DNA of 64,000 nucleotides. Origin: an uncultured Chloroflexia bacterium (GTDB taxonomy: Bacteria > Chloroflexota > Dehalococcoidia > Dehalococcoidales > RBG-16-60-22). Below the pieces are notes generated by a model. That model did no database searches. It saw only the letters and a program-made list of their open reading frames with translations, and had not been told where the DNA came from. Shown in pieces: positions 48,883 to 56,872 of the stretch; positions within the stretch are counted from its first letter, which is position 1; the number at the start of each line of letters is the position of its first letter. The stretch spans positions 654,800 to 718,799 of the forward strand of contig CAWCLJ010000003.1 of assembly GCA_963796365.1 (NCBI GenBank), given 5' to 3'. Position numbers and translations under genes: made by a program.

Positions 48883-49030
48883 TCAGCCGTCAAGAGACAA
48901 CATGTATATTTTACTTTAGTTAGAGATAGCCGTCAAGAAATCTAAGGTAAAGTGCCGCTTTTCAGCACTTACTTGATTTCTAAATTCGCCTTTTTTTATA
49001 ATGTTCTCAAATATCTTGGAATACTTTGAA

Positions 49031-49135
49031 AAAAGAGTCCAGAGAGAATTCTCTCTGGCGGTCCGCCTGAGGCGGACGGGGGTGTCCCCCGGCCTTTCTT
49101 CTCCTCGGGGGAGGGGACAAGGAGGTTCATAAAAG
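49031..49135 (+). repeat. Intergenic repeat family R6
   Basis: AAAGAGTCCAGAGAGAATTCTCTCTGG...GGGGGTGTCCCCCGGCC... Confidence 0.75.
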
Positions 49136-49174
49136 ATTGTCCAGGAATTCTCTAATCTCATTAGAAGGAGTATC

Positions 49175-49393
49175 GTGAGCACCTTATCAGATTTAAAGAG
49201 TCAGAGAAGAACTTTATCCGGTAAAATTTCAGAAATATCCATCACTGTTACCGATGAAGACCAGAAAGGTCTGCTTCTCCATGAATTGAACGAGCAAATG
49301 GAAAAAATAGAAGCCGAAATTGAAGATATTGAGGCCGAAGAAAAAGCTTCTAAAGAAGACAAAAAACAGGCTAAGAAAAACAAGAAGAAATAG
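49175..49393 (+). CDS. Hypothetical small coiled-coil protein with Lys-rich tail
   Basis: GTG start with AAGGAG SD. 72 aa. Confidence 0.5.
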   Translation: MSTLSDLKSQRRTLSGKISEISITVTDEDQKGLLLHELNEQMEKIEAEIEDIEAEEKASKEDKKQAKKNKKK

Positions 49394-49528
49394 CCTCTTA
49401 ATGGTATTAATTTCTTAAGGAATGATTAAGGGGTTAGTAAATATGAAGCCAAATATCGAAATCCGAAACAAAGGGGAAATAACCAAGAAACCAGCACCAA
49501 ACAATATTCAATAAACAAATCTCAAATT

Positions 49529-49641
49529 TGTCATCCCCGCGAAAGCGGGGATCCATTAAAAGAAGGCAAAGAATAATTGAGCTCAACGCTGGATTCCCGA
49601 TCGAAGCCTGCCCCATACTTGATACGGAGTCGGGAATGACA
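49529..49641 (+). mobile_element. 113-bp MITE-like element family R5 with terminal inverted repeats
   Basis: TGTCATCCCCG...CGGGAATGACA termini. Internal hairpins GCGAAAGCGGGG and CCCCATACTTGATACGGAG. Confidence 0.7.
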
Positions 49642-49803
49642 AATTGAAGTTTGGTAATTGTAATTTGGAATTTGTTTGTAATTTGTATCTTGGAGCTTGG
49701 CCATTTCTTTTCGTGCTTCGGATCTAGTACTTCGAGCTTTTTCCCTTTTTCTCGTTTGCCACTTCCTTGATGCTTGCTACTTGTCATTTGATACTTTTCC
49801 TTT

Positions 49804-49846
49804 ACCTCCAATATAAGCGGGGGGAGATAAAGTACGCGGGGTCGGG
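49804..49846 (+). repeat. Degenerate R3-type repeat
   Basis: ...GCGGGGGGAGATAAAGTACGCGGGGTCGGG matches the right half of R3. Confidence 0.5.
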
Positions 49847-49908
49847 TAAAATATACTTAAACATCTGAATTTGACACCCATTCTCTCGTTGTGTCAAGAT
49901 ATGTCAAC

Positions 49909-51150
49909 ATGACGGAATTGACCGTTAACGAAGCTAAAAAAACTGGAAAAATCTGGGGCATGCACCCCAATGTTTTTTTCCTTGGAATTGTCAGCCTCCT
50001 CACCGATGTTTCCTCGGAGATGATTTTCACCCTCGTTCCGTTGGTGGTCGTCAATATCCTCGGTGGCGGGGCCATTGCCGTCGGTTTTATCGGCGGTATC
50101 ACGGAAAGCTTCGATGCTTTCTTCCGCATCTTCAGCGGCCGCATCAGCGATAAGCTCGGAAAACGCAAACCCCTGGCTGTTTTCGGTTACGGTTTTTCCA
50201 CCATCGTCAAACCCTTCATGCTGCTGACCACCGCCTGGGGCGGCGTGCTGGGCGTCCGTCTTGGCGATAGATTGGGCAAGGGCGTACGCTCCTCCCCGCG
50301 TGACGCGCTCATCGCGGATTCGGTATCGTCGGATAAACGCGGCCGGGCTTTCGGCATCCACCGCGCCCTGGACACCACCGGGGCGTTCCTCGGGCTGGTT
50401 ATCGCCGCTATCATTATCTATGTCGTCCAGGGCGATGCCACCAACCTGACCAAACATGCTTATCAGTGGATGGTCATTGTCGGCGTGATTCCGGCGGTCA
50501 TTTCCGTCATCCTGCTGCTAACCCTCGTGACGGAGAAAGGTCTGGCGCCGGTAAAAGCCAAGACTTCCACCGGGCTCCCGATTGAAACCAAAGCCGCCTT
50601 CAGCCGCCAGTTCAAACTCTTCCTTGTCGTTATGGCTATCTTTACCCTCGGTAACTCCAGCGACTTTTTCGTCATCCTGCGGGCGCAAAACCTTAAAGTG
50701 ACCGTTTTTGAAATTACCCTGATGCTGGTGCTTTTCAACCTCACTTATGTCCTGGTCTCGATACCGGCCGGCACGCTTTCGGATAAAATCGGGCGGCGCA
50801 AGCTACTCGTCGTCGGATGGTTGATTTACGCGCTCTCTTACTTCGGCTTCGCCCTCTCCAACAGCGCCTGGAACATGTGGCTGCTCTTTGCTTTTTACGG
50901 CATCTACTACGGCATTGCCGAAGGGGTAGGCAAAGCTTTTGTGGCGGACCTTGTCCCCGCCGACCGCCGCGGCACCGCTTACGGTTATTATAACGGCCTG
51001 GTAGGTCTCTTTATCCTGCCCGCCAGCGTCCTGGCCGGCCTGCTCTGGGACTACGTTAGCCCGGCTTCTACATTCTATTTCGGGGCAGGCCTTGCCTTCA
51101 TCGCCATGATTGGGATGCTGTTCCTTTTAAAAGAACAAAAACCCGCCTAG
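49909..51150 (+). CDS. MFS transporter
   Basis: 12-TM profile. GRISDKLGKRK loop motif repeated as GTLSDKIGRRK. Confidence 0.85.
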   Translation: MTELTVNEAKKTGKIWGMHPNVFFLGIVSLLTDVSSEMIFTLVPLVVVNILGGGAIAVGFIGGITESFDAFFRIFSGRISDKLGKRKPLAVFGYGFSTIVKPFMLLTTAWGGVLGVRLGDRLGKGVRSSPRDALIADSVSSDKRGRAFGIHRALDTTGAFLGLVIAAIIIYVVQGDATNLTKHAYQWMVIVGVIPAVISVILLLTLVTEKGLAPVKAKTSTGLPIETKAAFSRQFKLFLVVMAIFTLGNSSDFFVILRAQNLKVTVFEITLMLVLFNLTYVLVSIPAGTLSDKIGRRKLLVVGWLIYALSYFGFALSNSAWNMWLLFAFYGIYYGIAEGVGKAFVADLVPADRRGTAYGYYNGLVGLFILPASVLAGLLWDYVSPASTFYFGAGLAFIAMIGMLFLLKEQKPA

Positions 51151-51254
51151 TTTCTAATTATCTCCCAATTATTAATAATTCAAATTAAGCTCTTAAACAA
51201 TCTTTTTATCTTTGTCTCCAATGGCTCGTTCCCCAAATAAGATATCACCTTTAC

Positions 51255-51337
51255 ATCCTTCTTCCAATTTACCCTCTCCCCTTGCGGGAGAGGGAGACAG
51301 GGTGAGGGTTGTAAAAGGGGAATAGAAGAGGATTTGG
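51255..51337 (+). repeat. Intergenic repeat family R4 variant
   Basis: CCCTCTCCCCTTGCGGGAGAGGGAGACAGGGTGAGGG...GAAGAGGATTTGG. Confidence 0.65.
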
Positions 51338-51431
51338 TATTTGATGTTGGGGATGTTGTTCCTGTTAAAAGAATAAATGAATTGACATAATATCCAGGTA
51401 AAAAGTTTGATATTTTACTGTTCCTGTCAAT

Positions 51432-51605
51432 TTATCTATCTGCTTCATCCCTGTGGAACACCCACAGAATAAAAGCCATCCAGACAAGCCATAATAATGC
51501 GCCAATCCAATATGGCCAGCTGAATAGCCAGACAAACAAGCCGACGATAACCGCACCAAAAACGGTCAGCATTATTATCGCGCGTACGTGGACAAAATGT
51601 CTCAT
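51432..51605 (-). CDS. Possible small two-TM membrane protein (57 aa, below the ORF-track cutoff)
   Basis: My translation: MRHFVHVRAIIMLTVFGAVIVGLFVWLFSWPYWIGALLWLVWMAFILWVFHRDEADR. Preferred over the overlapping track ORF 51365..51559. Confidence 0.35.
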   Translation of the reverse strand: MRHFVHVRAIIMLTVFGAVIVGLFVWLFSWPYWIGALLWLVWMAFILWVFHRDEADR

Positions 51606-51735
51606 TTGGTATTAATTATAACAAAACAGGTTAAGCAAAGTATTTTATTTCATTCGTATCTCTAAGCTAATTTGTGACAAAACTCTATTGACAGCTTTCT
51701 CTTAGGCCGTTGTATACTTTAATTCTCTCCTCAGT

Positions 51736-51801
51736 CTCTCCCTTTGAAAAAGAGCCTGCCCCGTACTGCGATACGGGGGAGATGAAGAGGGATTTTGCTC
51801 C
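51736..51801 (+). repeat. Intergenic repeat family R4
   Basis: CTCTCCCTTTGAAAAAGAGCCTGCCCCGTACTGCGATACGGGGGAGATGAAGAGGGATTTTGCTC. Confidence 0.8.
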
Positions 51802-51943
51802 CTTATCAATGGTCGGTATCAGCACCTTAACAACTTCATAACCCTGTACGGGCAGGCACGTTTATCCGCCGTAGCCTTTGCATAGGAGGGGAGGCATGCC
51901 CTGCTAGTTTTATTTTTATTTGTCATTAAGAGCTCGCTGGATA

Positions 51944-52500
51944 CCCCCCAGCTAGGCTGGGGGGAGGAAAGCGAGTTCGCCGAAGGCGAAGCGGTTGATA
52001 GGATAGGAAAATCGTGGTATAAAGGTGGGGTGGCAATAAGAAGGACGAAACACGCGGTTTATGAGCTGAAGTATCACCTAGTCTGGGTACCGAAATACCG
52101 AGCGCATATATTGGGTGGGGAGGTAACCCAGTACTTAAAAGGAATCTTCAGGCAGATAGCCGAGGAGTATGATTTTCAAATAGAGGCGATGGAGGTAATG
52201 GCGGATCATGTACATGTATTTATCGAAGCGCCGCCATCGTACTCGCCATCAGAAATAGTGCAGGTGTTAAAGAGTATATCGGCAAAAGAAGTATTTAAGA
52301 AATACCCAAGGATGAGGAAAATAATGTGGAGTGGGAAGATGTGGAACGAGGGTTATTATGTTAGGAGTGTGGGGGATAAAGTAACGAGTGAAGTGATCAA
52401 GAAATATATCAAATATCAGAAATATGAAGATAAAGACAGTCAGTTAAGGATGTTCGAAAAGGGGTAGGGAAGGGAGAAGCCCCCCAGCTCTGCTGGGGGG
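51944..52500 (+). mobile_element. IS200-type insertion sequence (tnpA only, no tnpB)
   Basis: The Y1 transposase gene is flanked by near-identical perfect hairpins: CCCCCCAGC-TAG-GCTGGGGGG (51944-51964) and CCCCCCAGC-TCT-GCTGGGGGG (52480-52500). Confidence 0.8.
52030..52467 (+). CDS. tnpA: IS200/IS605-family Y1 (HUH) transposase
   Basis: YELKYHLVWVPKYR, HUH motif DHVHVFIEAPP, catalytic Tyr region YIKYQ. 145 aa. Confidence 0.92.
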   Translation: MAIRRTKHAVYELKYHLVWVPKYRAHILGGEVTQYLKGIFRQIAEEYDFQIEAMEVMADHVHVFIEAPPSYSPSEIVQVLKSISAKEVFKKYPRMRKIMWSGKMWNEGYYVRSVGDKVTSEVIKKYIKYQKYEDKDSQLRMFEKG

Positions 52501-52590
52501 TACGTCACTCCCGATCTAATCGGGAATCCGTTTATTCTGCTTTATGCGTCTACTTGGGTCGTAATGAATAATGTTAATTATTAAAGAATA

Positions 52591-52660
52591 CATCATCCTT
52601 CCTTTTAAGAGCCTGCCCCGTACTTGATACGGGGGAGGAGCAGAAGAGGATTTGGGTAGG
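52591..52660 (+). repeat. Intergenic repeat family R4
   Basis: CATCATCCTTCC...GAGCCTGCCCCGTACTTGATACGGGGGAGG...GAGGATTTGG. Confidence 0.75.
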
Positions 52661-52699
52661 GAGGTCAACTACTGACCGCAAATAGCTAAACAACTCCAA

Positions 52700-52990
52700 A
52701 ATAACAAAACGAACGAAGCAAAATGACTAAATAATGCAAATAAATAACAAAACCAATGAGGCTAGCAAGGCTAAAAATGTTTAAATATTGATAAAACGAA
52801 TCGAAGCTAAAACTATGAAAAATCACGAAAATGGCAAAAACCTTACAAAACCAATCGAGGCTATATCGATTTTTCCGTTAGCAAAATCACAAAACCAGGT
52901 AAATCTGAAAAATCCATCTTACAAAACGATTAGTTTCAAAGACTTGCTTATCGAAAAAATCCTTTTTACAAAACGAATTGAAGCTAAAAT
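52700..52990. repeat. Degenerate tandem array, about 7 units of 43-54 bp with core ACAAAAC(G/C)AAT(C/T)GA(A/G)GCT
   Basis: Cores near 52704, 52747, 52791, 52845, 52888, 52920 and 52967. The array abuts an R3 repeat. Confidence 0.7.
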
Positions 52991-52991
52991 A

Positions 52992-53036
52992 TCGTCCCTC
53001 CTTGTTAACGGGAGGGATAAGAGGGTAGGGTCGGGG
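52992..53036 (+). repeat. Intergenic repeat family R3
   Basis: TCGTCCCTCCTTGTTAACGGGAGGGATAAGAGGGTAGGGTCGGGG. Confidence 0.8.
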
Positions 53037-53108
53037 AAAATGGGTGGGGAAACTGTAAACTGTGAACCGTAAACTGTAGACTGTTACCTGTAAACTAAAT
53101 ACTGTAAG

Positions 53109-53939
53109 TTATTCCATCACCGTATTATCTATCAATCTCGTTTTGCCGAAATTGACCGCCATAGAAATCAAAACCGGTCTTTCTATCCGGCTGATTTCCT
53201 TAAGCGTCTCATTATCGGCCAGGCTGATATAATCGATGACCCCTATGGGCTGTGAGTTGATGATGGCGGTCATCGCCTGCTTGATTTTGCCCGCATCGCG
53301 CTCGCCGCCGCGGTACATTTCCCGCGCTTTCTGGAGGGACTTATAAAGTACCGGGGCATTCCGGCGCATTTCCGGCGTCAGGTAGGTGTTCCGGGAGCTC
53401 ATCGCCAGCCCGTCCGGCTCGCGAATTGTCTTGCAAACGACGATTTCCAGCGGCATGTCCAGGTCCTTTACCATCTTCTTGATAACTGCTGCCTGCTGCG
53501 CGTCTTTCTGCCCGAAGTAGGCTTTGTCTGGCTGAATGATGTTGAACAGCTTATTGACAACTGTTGTCACGCCTTTAAAATGTCCGGGGCGTACCGCGCC
53601 TTCCAGCATGTCGGTGATGTCTTTAACTTCGACCCAGGTATCGTAGCCGTCCGGGTACATCTCTTTATCCGGAGGGATGAAAACGATGTCCGTATGCGGC
53701 TTTAGCATCGCCAGGTCGCGGTCGATATCGCGGGGATAGGTTTTAAAGTCCTCTTTGGGGCCGAACTGCGTGGGGTTAACGAAAATACTCACGGCGGAGA
53801 TATCGTTTTCCGCCTTGGCCTGTTTGACCAGCGAAATATGGCCTTCATGGAGATAGCCCATGGTTGGCACAAATCCCACCGTGCCCTTCAGAGAAGCTCT
53901 CAATTCCCTGACCCCCGCGATGGTTTCAATTACTTTCAT
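53109..53939 (-). CDS. panC: Pantoate--beta-alanine ligase
   Basis: VGFVPTMGYLHEGHISL and GQKDAQQ motifs. Start set to MKVIETI (53939), 4 nt after the upstream stop. Confidence 0.93.
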   Translation of the reverse strand: MKVIETIAGVRELRASLKGTVGFVPTMGYLHEGHISLVKQAKAENDISAVSIFVNPTQFGPKEDFKTYPRDIDRDLAMLKPHTDIVFIPPDKEMYPDGYDTWVEVKDITDMLEGAVRPGHFKGVTTVVNKLFNIIQPDKAYFGQKDAQQAAVIKKMVKDLDMPLEIVVCKTIREPDGLAMSSRNTYLTPEMRRNAPVLYKSLQKAREMYRGGERDAGKIKQAMTAIINSQPIGVIDYISLADNETLKEISRIERPVLISMAVNFGKTRLIDNTVME

Positions 53940-53943
53940 GGGT

Positions 53944-55323
53944 TTATTTCTGGACGTCCCATTTCTTGAGATAAGCGGTCTGCCCGAGGGTTGAACCGCG
54001 CTGGATTTCTTCGCGGACGCGGTCTTCTCTTTCATGGACGTCGATGGCGCGGTTGGCCATTTCCATGGCGTGGTCTTTCGGCACCACCATCACGCCGCTT
54101 TCATCGCCGATAATCCAGTCCCCGGGTTCCACTTTCCGGTTGCAGACCTCGATGGGCGCGTTGATTTCCCCAAAGCCCTTCGGTTCACCGGCCGTCGGCG
54201 TAAAATGCCTGGCGAAAAGCGGGAATTTCATCTTGCGGATATCGTCAATGTCCCTTACCGCGCCGTCGATAACAACGCCGGCAACGCCCTTGCTGCGGCA
54301 GCTGTTAGTCGCCAGTTCGCCCCAGACTGCGATTTCTCCGGCGCATGCATCGATGACGAGGACATCTCCCGGTTTGCACTGGTCGATGGCCTGTACCGGG
54401 GCGCTCCAGTCGCCGTTATAAGTCCTGACCGTCACGGCCGGCCCCGCGAAATGCAATTCTCCCGGTTCGCCGACCCATACCGCTTTCAAGCCTCTAAGCT
54501 CGCCGGTCTTGTGCATCGCGTCACTGATGTTGGCGGTGCTGACTTTCATAAATGCTTCTACCAGGTGTGCCTGGTCGTATTTCATGAACTCTTTGGTGGC
54601 GATGGATTTGCCGGTCTTTAACGCCTGTGCGATTTTACGGGCGGACTCTTCCGGGCTCTTTGCTTTGTATAAAGACCCGCCGACAATGATAATATCCGCT
54701 CCGGCTTCATAAGCCTGCGGCGCCGTGTCGCTGTTGATGCCGCCGGCGGCGGAAATCATCGCCTTTTTCACCGTCATGGTGACCTGTTTCAGGATATCGA
54801 TGGGTTTGATGCCCATGACCTGCTGGTCCAGCCCCACGTGGATGTTAATGATGTCCACGCCCATCTTTTCCAGTTCCGCCGCGCGCTTGGCCGGGTCGGC
54901 GCAGGAAATCAGGTCGGCGCCTACCTGGACGCCGTAATTCTTGGCGGCTAACACCGCCTCGCTGATACATGTATCCGGGGAACAGCCTAGGATAAATACC
55001 ACGTTGGCGCCGGCTTTGGCTGCCATTTCGATCTCGGTCGCGCCGGCATCCATCGTTTTCATGTCCGCTACGATGGTATGGCCGGGGAATTTTTTATGGA
55101 GTTCGCGGATGGCATTCATGCCTTCCGACTTAATCAGAGGAGTGCCTGCTTCAATCCATGCTTTAGATTTATCGCCGTTGGTTTCAGTGAGAATGCCTTT
55201 GACTGCTTCTTCAGCTATTTTAATGGCCCGGGGTAGGTCGAGCAAGTCCAGGGCGACCTGCATCGGGGGGATTTCCGATTTTACAGGCGCTGTGCTTTTC
55301 TTGTTTTTTGTTGTCGTGGTCAT
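53944..55323 (-). CDS. Fusion protein: 3-hexulose-6-phosphate synthase-like (OMPDC-suprafamily) domain + RraA/HMG-CHA-aldolase-like domain
   Basis: N-terminal half: MQVALDLLDL...IEAGTPLIK...ADMKTMDAG...INIHVGLDQQ. C-terminal half: GDVLVIDA...AVWGELATNSCRSKGVAGVVIDGAVRD. Start set to MTTTTKNKK (GGGGTGG SD). Confidence 0.85.
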   Translation of the reverse strand: MTTTTKNKKSTAPVKSEIPPMQVALDLLDLPRAIKIAEEAVKGILTETNGDKSKAWIEAGTPLIKSEGMNAIRELHKKFPGHTIVADMKTMDAGATEIEMAAKAGANVVFILGCSPDTCISEAVLAAKNYGVQVGADLISCADPAKRAAELEKMGVDIINIHVGLDQQVMGIKPIDILKQVTMTVKKAMISAAGGINSDTAPQAYEAGADIIIVGGSLYKAKSPEESARKIAQALKTGKSIATKEFMKYDQAHLVEAFMKVSTANISDAMHKTGELRGLKAVWVGEPGELHFAGPAVTVRTYNGDWSAPVQAIDQCKPGDVLVIDACAGEIAVWGELATNSCRSKGVAGVVIDGAVRDIDDIRKMKFPLFARHFTPTAGEPKGFGEINAPIEVCNRKVEPGDWIIGDESGVMVVPKDHAMEMANRAIDVHEREDRVREEIQRGSTLGQTAYLKKWDVQK

Positions 55324-55342
55324 AAAACCACCCCCTGTGTTC

Positions 55343-55717
55343 TTATCTGCCGAATACTTTTTCGTCCAATTTGGTGACGATTTCATTGTTCTGGTTGACG
55401 TGTACTACTCTGGGATGGTAGTTCGGAAGTTCTTCTTCCTTCACGTCGGTATAAGTGATGATGATAACGATATCGCCTTTCACGGCCAGGCGGGCGGCGG
55501 CGCCGTTCAGGCAGATTTCGCCTTTGCCTTCTTCCCCTTCGATAGCGTAAGTGGTGAAGCGCGCCCCGTTATTAACATTCAGCACGTGCACCTGCTCGTA
55601 AGGAACGATATTGGCTGCCCTCAAGAGCTTCTTATCGATGGTGATGCTGCCCTCGTAGTTGATGTTGGCATCGGTGACATGGGCCCGGTGGATTTTGCTC
55701 TTTAACATCATTCTCAT
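55343..55717 (-). CDS. panD: Aspartate 1-decarboxylase (pyruvoyl-dependent)
   Basis: [25 protein letters not shown], including the G-S self-cleavage site. Confidence 0.95.
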   Translation of the reverse strand: MRMMLKSKIHRAHVTDANINYEGSITIDKKLLRAANIVPYEQVHVLNVNNGARFTTYAIEGEEGKGEICLNGAAARLAVKGDIVIIITYTDVKEEELPNYHPRVVHVNQNNEIVTKLDEKVFGR

Positions 55718-55733
55718 TGGCTTCTCCCTGAAT

Positions 55734-56597
55734 TTATTTTACTTTTAATAAAGATTCCAGTTCCCTGGCTTGCGGTTCATCGATAGATTTTTTTGCGGAA
55801 GCGATGGGAATTGTTTGCATCCCCAGCGCCTTATAAGCGGTAAGTAATTCCGGAGCTTTCCGGCTTATGGTGTTAAGGTGCTTGAGGATGGTGCCGGCAT
55901 CGCCGCGGGCAATGGGCCCAGTCAGGCAGTTGGGAAGACCGATGGTTTCGATGTTATGGACGGTGCCGCGGATTAATGGCAGGAGTGCTTTGGTTGCTTT
56001 GTCAGGCGGGATGGAGAAGGTTTCCCAGAGGTCTGCGGCCATTTTTACCAGCGTTACCAGGTAGTTACTGACGAATACGGCGGCTGCATGGTAGGCTGCT
56101 TTATCTTCCGCCTCCAGAATAATCCAGCTTCCTCCCAGGTCTTCCGCCATTTTTTTGAGCGTGGTGAGCAGCGGCTCTTCGGACTCGATGGCGAAAGTAG
56201 AGCCGGGCATATTTTCCATTGCTTCTTTAGCTCCGGCGAACGTTTGAAGCGGGTGGAAGGCAGCCACTTTAGCTCCGGCTTTTCGGGCCGGTTCAAGTAC
56301 ATCGGTAGAATCGGCGCCGCTGCAATGAACCGCTGCCTGGCCCTGCCGCCATTTAAGGCTTTCCGCTATTAACTGGATGACGCTGTCCGGAGTAGTAATG
56401 AAAACCGTATTGGCTGTACTTACAGTTTGTTCCGGCATATCCGCGACATGGCAGCCGATTATTTGTACCGCCAGGTTATTGGCGGCTGCCGTGTTCTGGT
56501 CGTAAACGCTTACGACTTTATACCCCCTGCGGCTTAAAAGCACCGCCAGGGCGGTCCCCACTTTGCCGGCTCCGATAAATCCTATTGTCTCGGGCAT
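55734..56597 (-). CDS. Rossmann + DUF2520-type oxidoreductase, candidate ketopantoate reductase (PanG-like)
   Basis: [14 protein letters not shown] dinucleotide fold. C-terminal ...[14 protein letters not shown]...GPIARGD pattern. First gene of the pan operon. Start ATG 56597 (AGGTGA SD). Confidence 0.7.
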   Translation of the reverse strand: MPETIGFIGAGKVGTALAVLLSRRGYKVVSVYDQNTAAANNLAVQIIGCHVADMPEQTVSTANTVFITTPDSVIQLIAESLKWRQGQAAVHCSGADSTDVLEPARKAGAKVAAFHPLQTFAGAKEAMENMPGSTFAIESEEPLLTTLKKMAEDLGGSWIILEAEDKAAYHAAAVFVSNYLVTLVKMAADLWETFSIPPDKATKALLPLIRGTVHNIETIGLPNCLTGPIARGDAGTILKHLNTISRKAPELLTAYKALGMQTIPIASAKKSIDEPQARELESLLKVK

Positions 56598-56608
56598 TTT
56601 GCTCACCT

Positions 56609-56642
56609 AAACAAAAACCCTCTCGTTTTTAACCGAGAGGGC
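56609..56642 (-). terminator. Intrinsic terminator inside the pan-operon 5' leader (attenuator / expression platform)
   Basis: The minus strand reads CCCTCTCG GTTAAAAA CGAGAGGG TTTTTG. It ends about 12 nt before the SD. Confidence 0.7.
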
Positions 56643-56666
56643 ATTTTATTAGCCTATTTCTGCCGT

Positions 56667-56745
56667 CTCGGTCGTGTTCGATCCAAGCGACTGTCTTTTT
56701 TGTTAAGGTTTTTTCTTCTGACTCACCGCCGTAAGGTCGATGGTC
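56667..56745 (-). promoter_or_regulatory. Leader RNA with two hairpins; the first is a 10-bp stem with two opposed bulged A residues (pan-motif-like)
   Basis: RNA 5'-GAC-CAUCG-A-CC UUAC GG-CGGUG-A-GUC (56745..56720). Second hairpin CUUGG-A-UCG AACA CGA-CCGAG (56687..56667). Confidence 0.55.
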
Positions 56746-56751
56746 AATTTA

Positions 56752-56780
56752 ATTCTAGTACTACTGCATACAAATGTCAA
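56752..56780 (-). promoter_or_regulatory. Sigma70-like promoter of the pan operon
   Basis: TTGACA, 17 nt spacer, TAGAAT on the minus strand. The predicted TSS coincides with the first leader hairpin. Confidence 0.65.
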
Positions 56781-56812
56781 TCGTCCATTTGAGCCTGCAA
56801 AAACGTCACAAA

Positions 56813-56841
56813 TTGTCTAAAATGTATCATCGTGCTATAAT
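56813..56841 (+). promoter_or_regulatory. Sigma70-like promoter of hisA (divergent from the pan promoter)
   Basis: TTGTCT, 17 nt spacer, TATAAT. Confidence 0.55.
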
Positions 56842-56872
56842 ATTTTATATTTTTCAGAAAAAGAGGCCGGCT

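Noticed and set aside
48716-48919. ORF 48716..48919 as a protein gene
   Set aside because: It is the antisense translation of the two tRNA genes.
51365-51559. Track ORF 51365..51559 (minus)
   Set aside because: An overlapping 57-codon frame (51432..51605) gives a cleaner two-TM membrane peptide. Both are low confidence.
52788-53072. ORF 52788..53072
   Set aside because: It reads through the degenerate tandem array and the R3 repeat. Low complexity, no SD.
53940-54035. Long N-terminal extension of PanC (track start 54035)
   Set aside because: It would overlap the upstream fusion gene by 92 nt. The conserved PanC N-terminus begins at MKVIETI (53939), 4 nt after the upstream stop.
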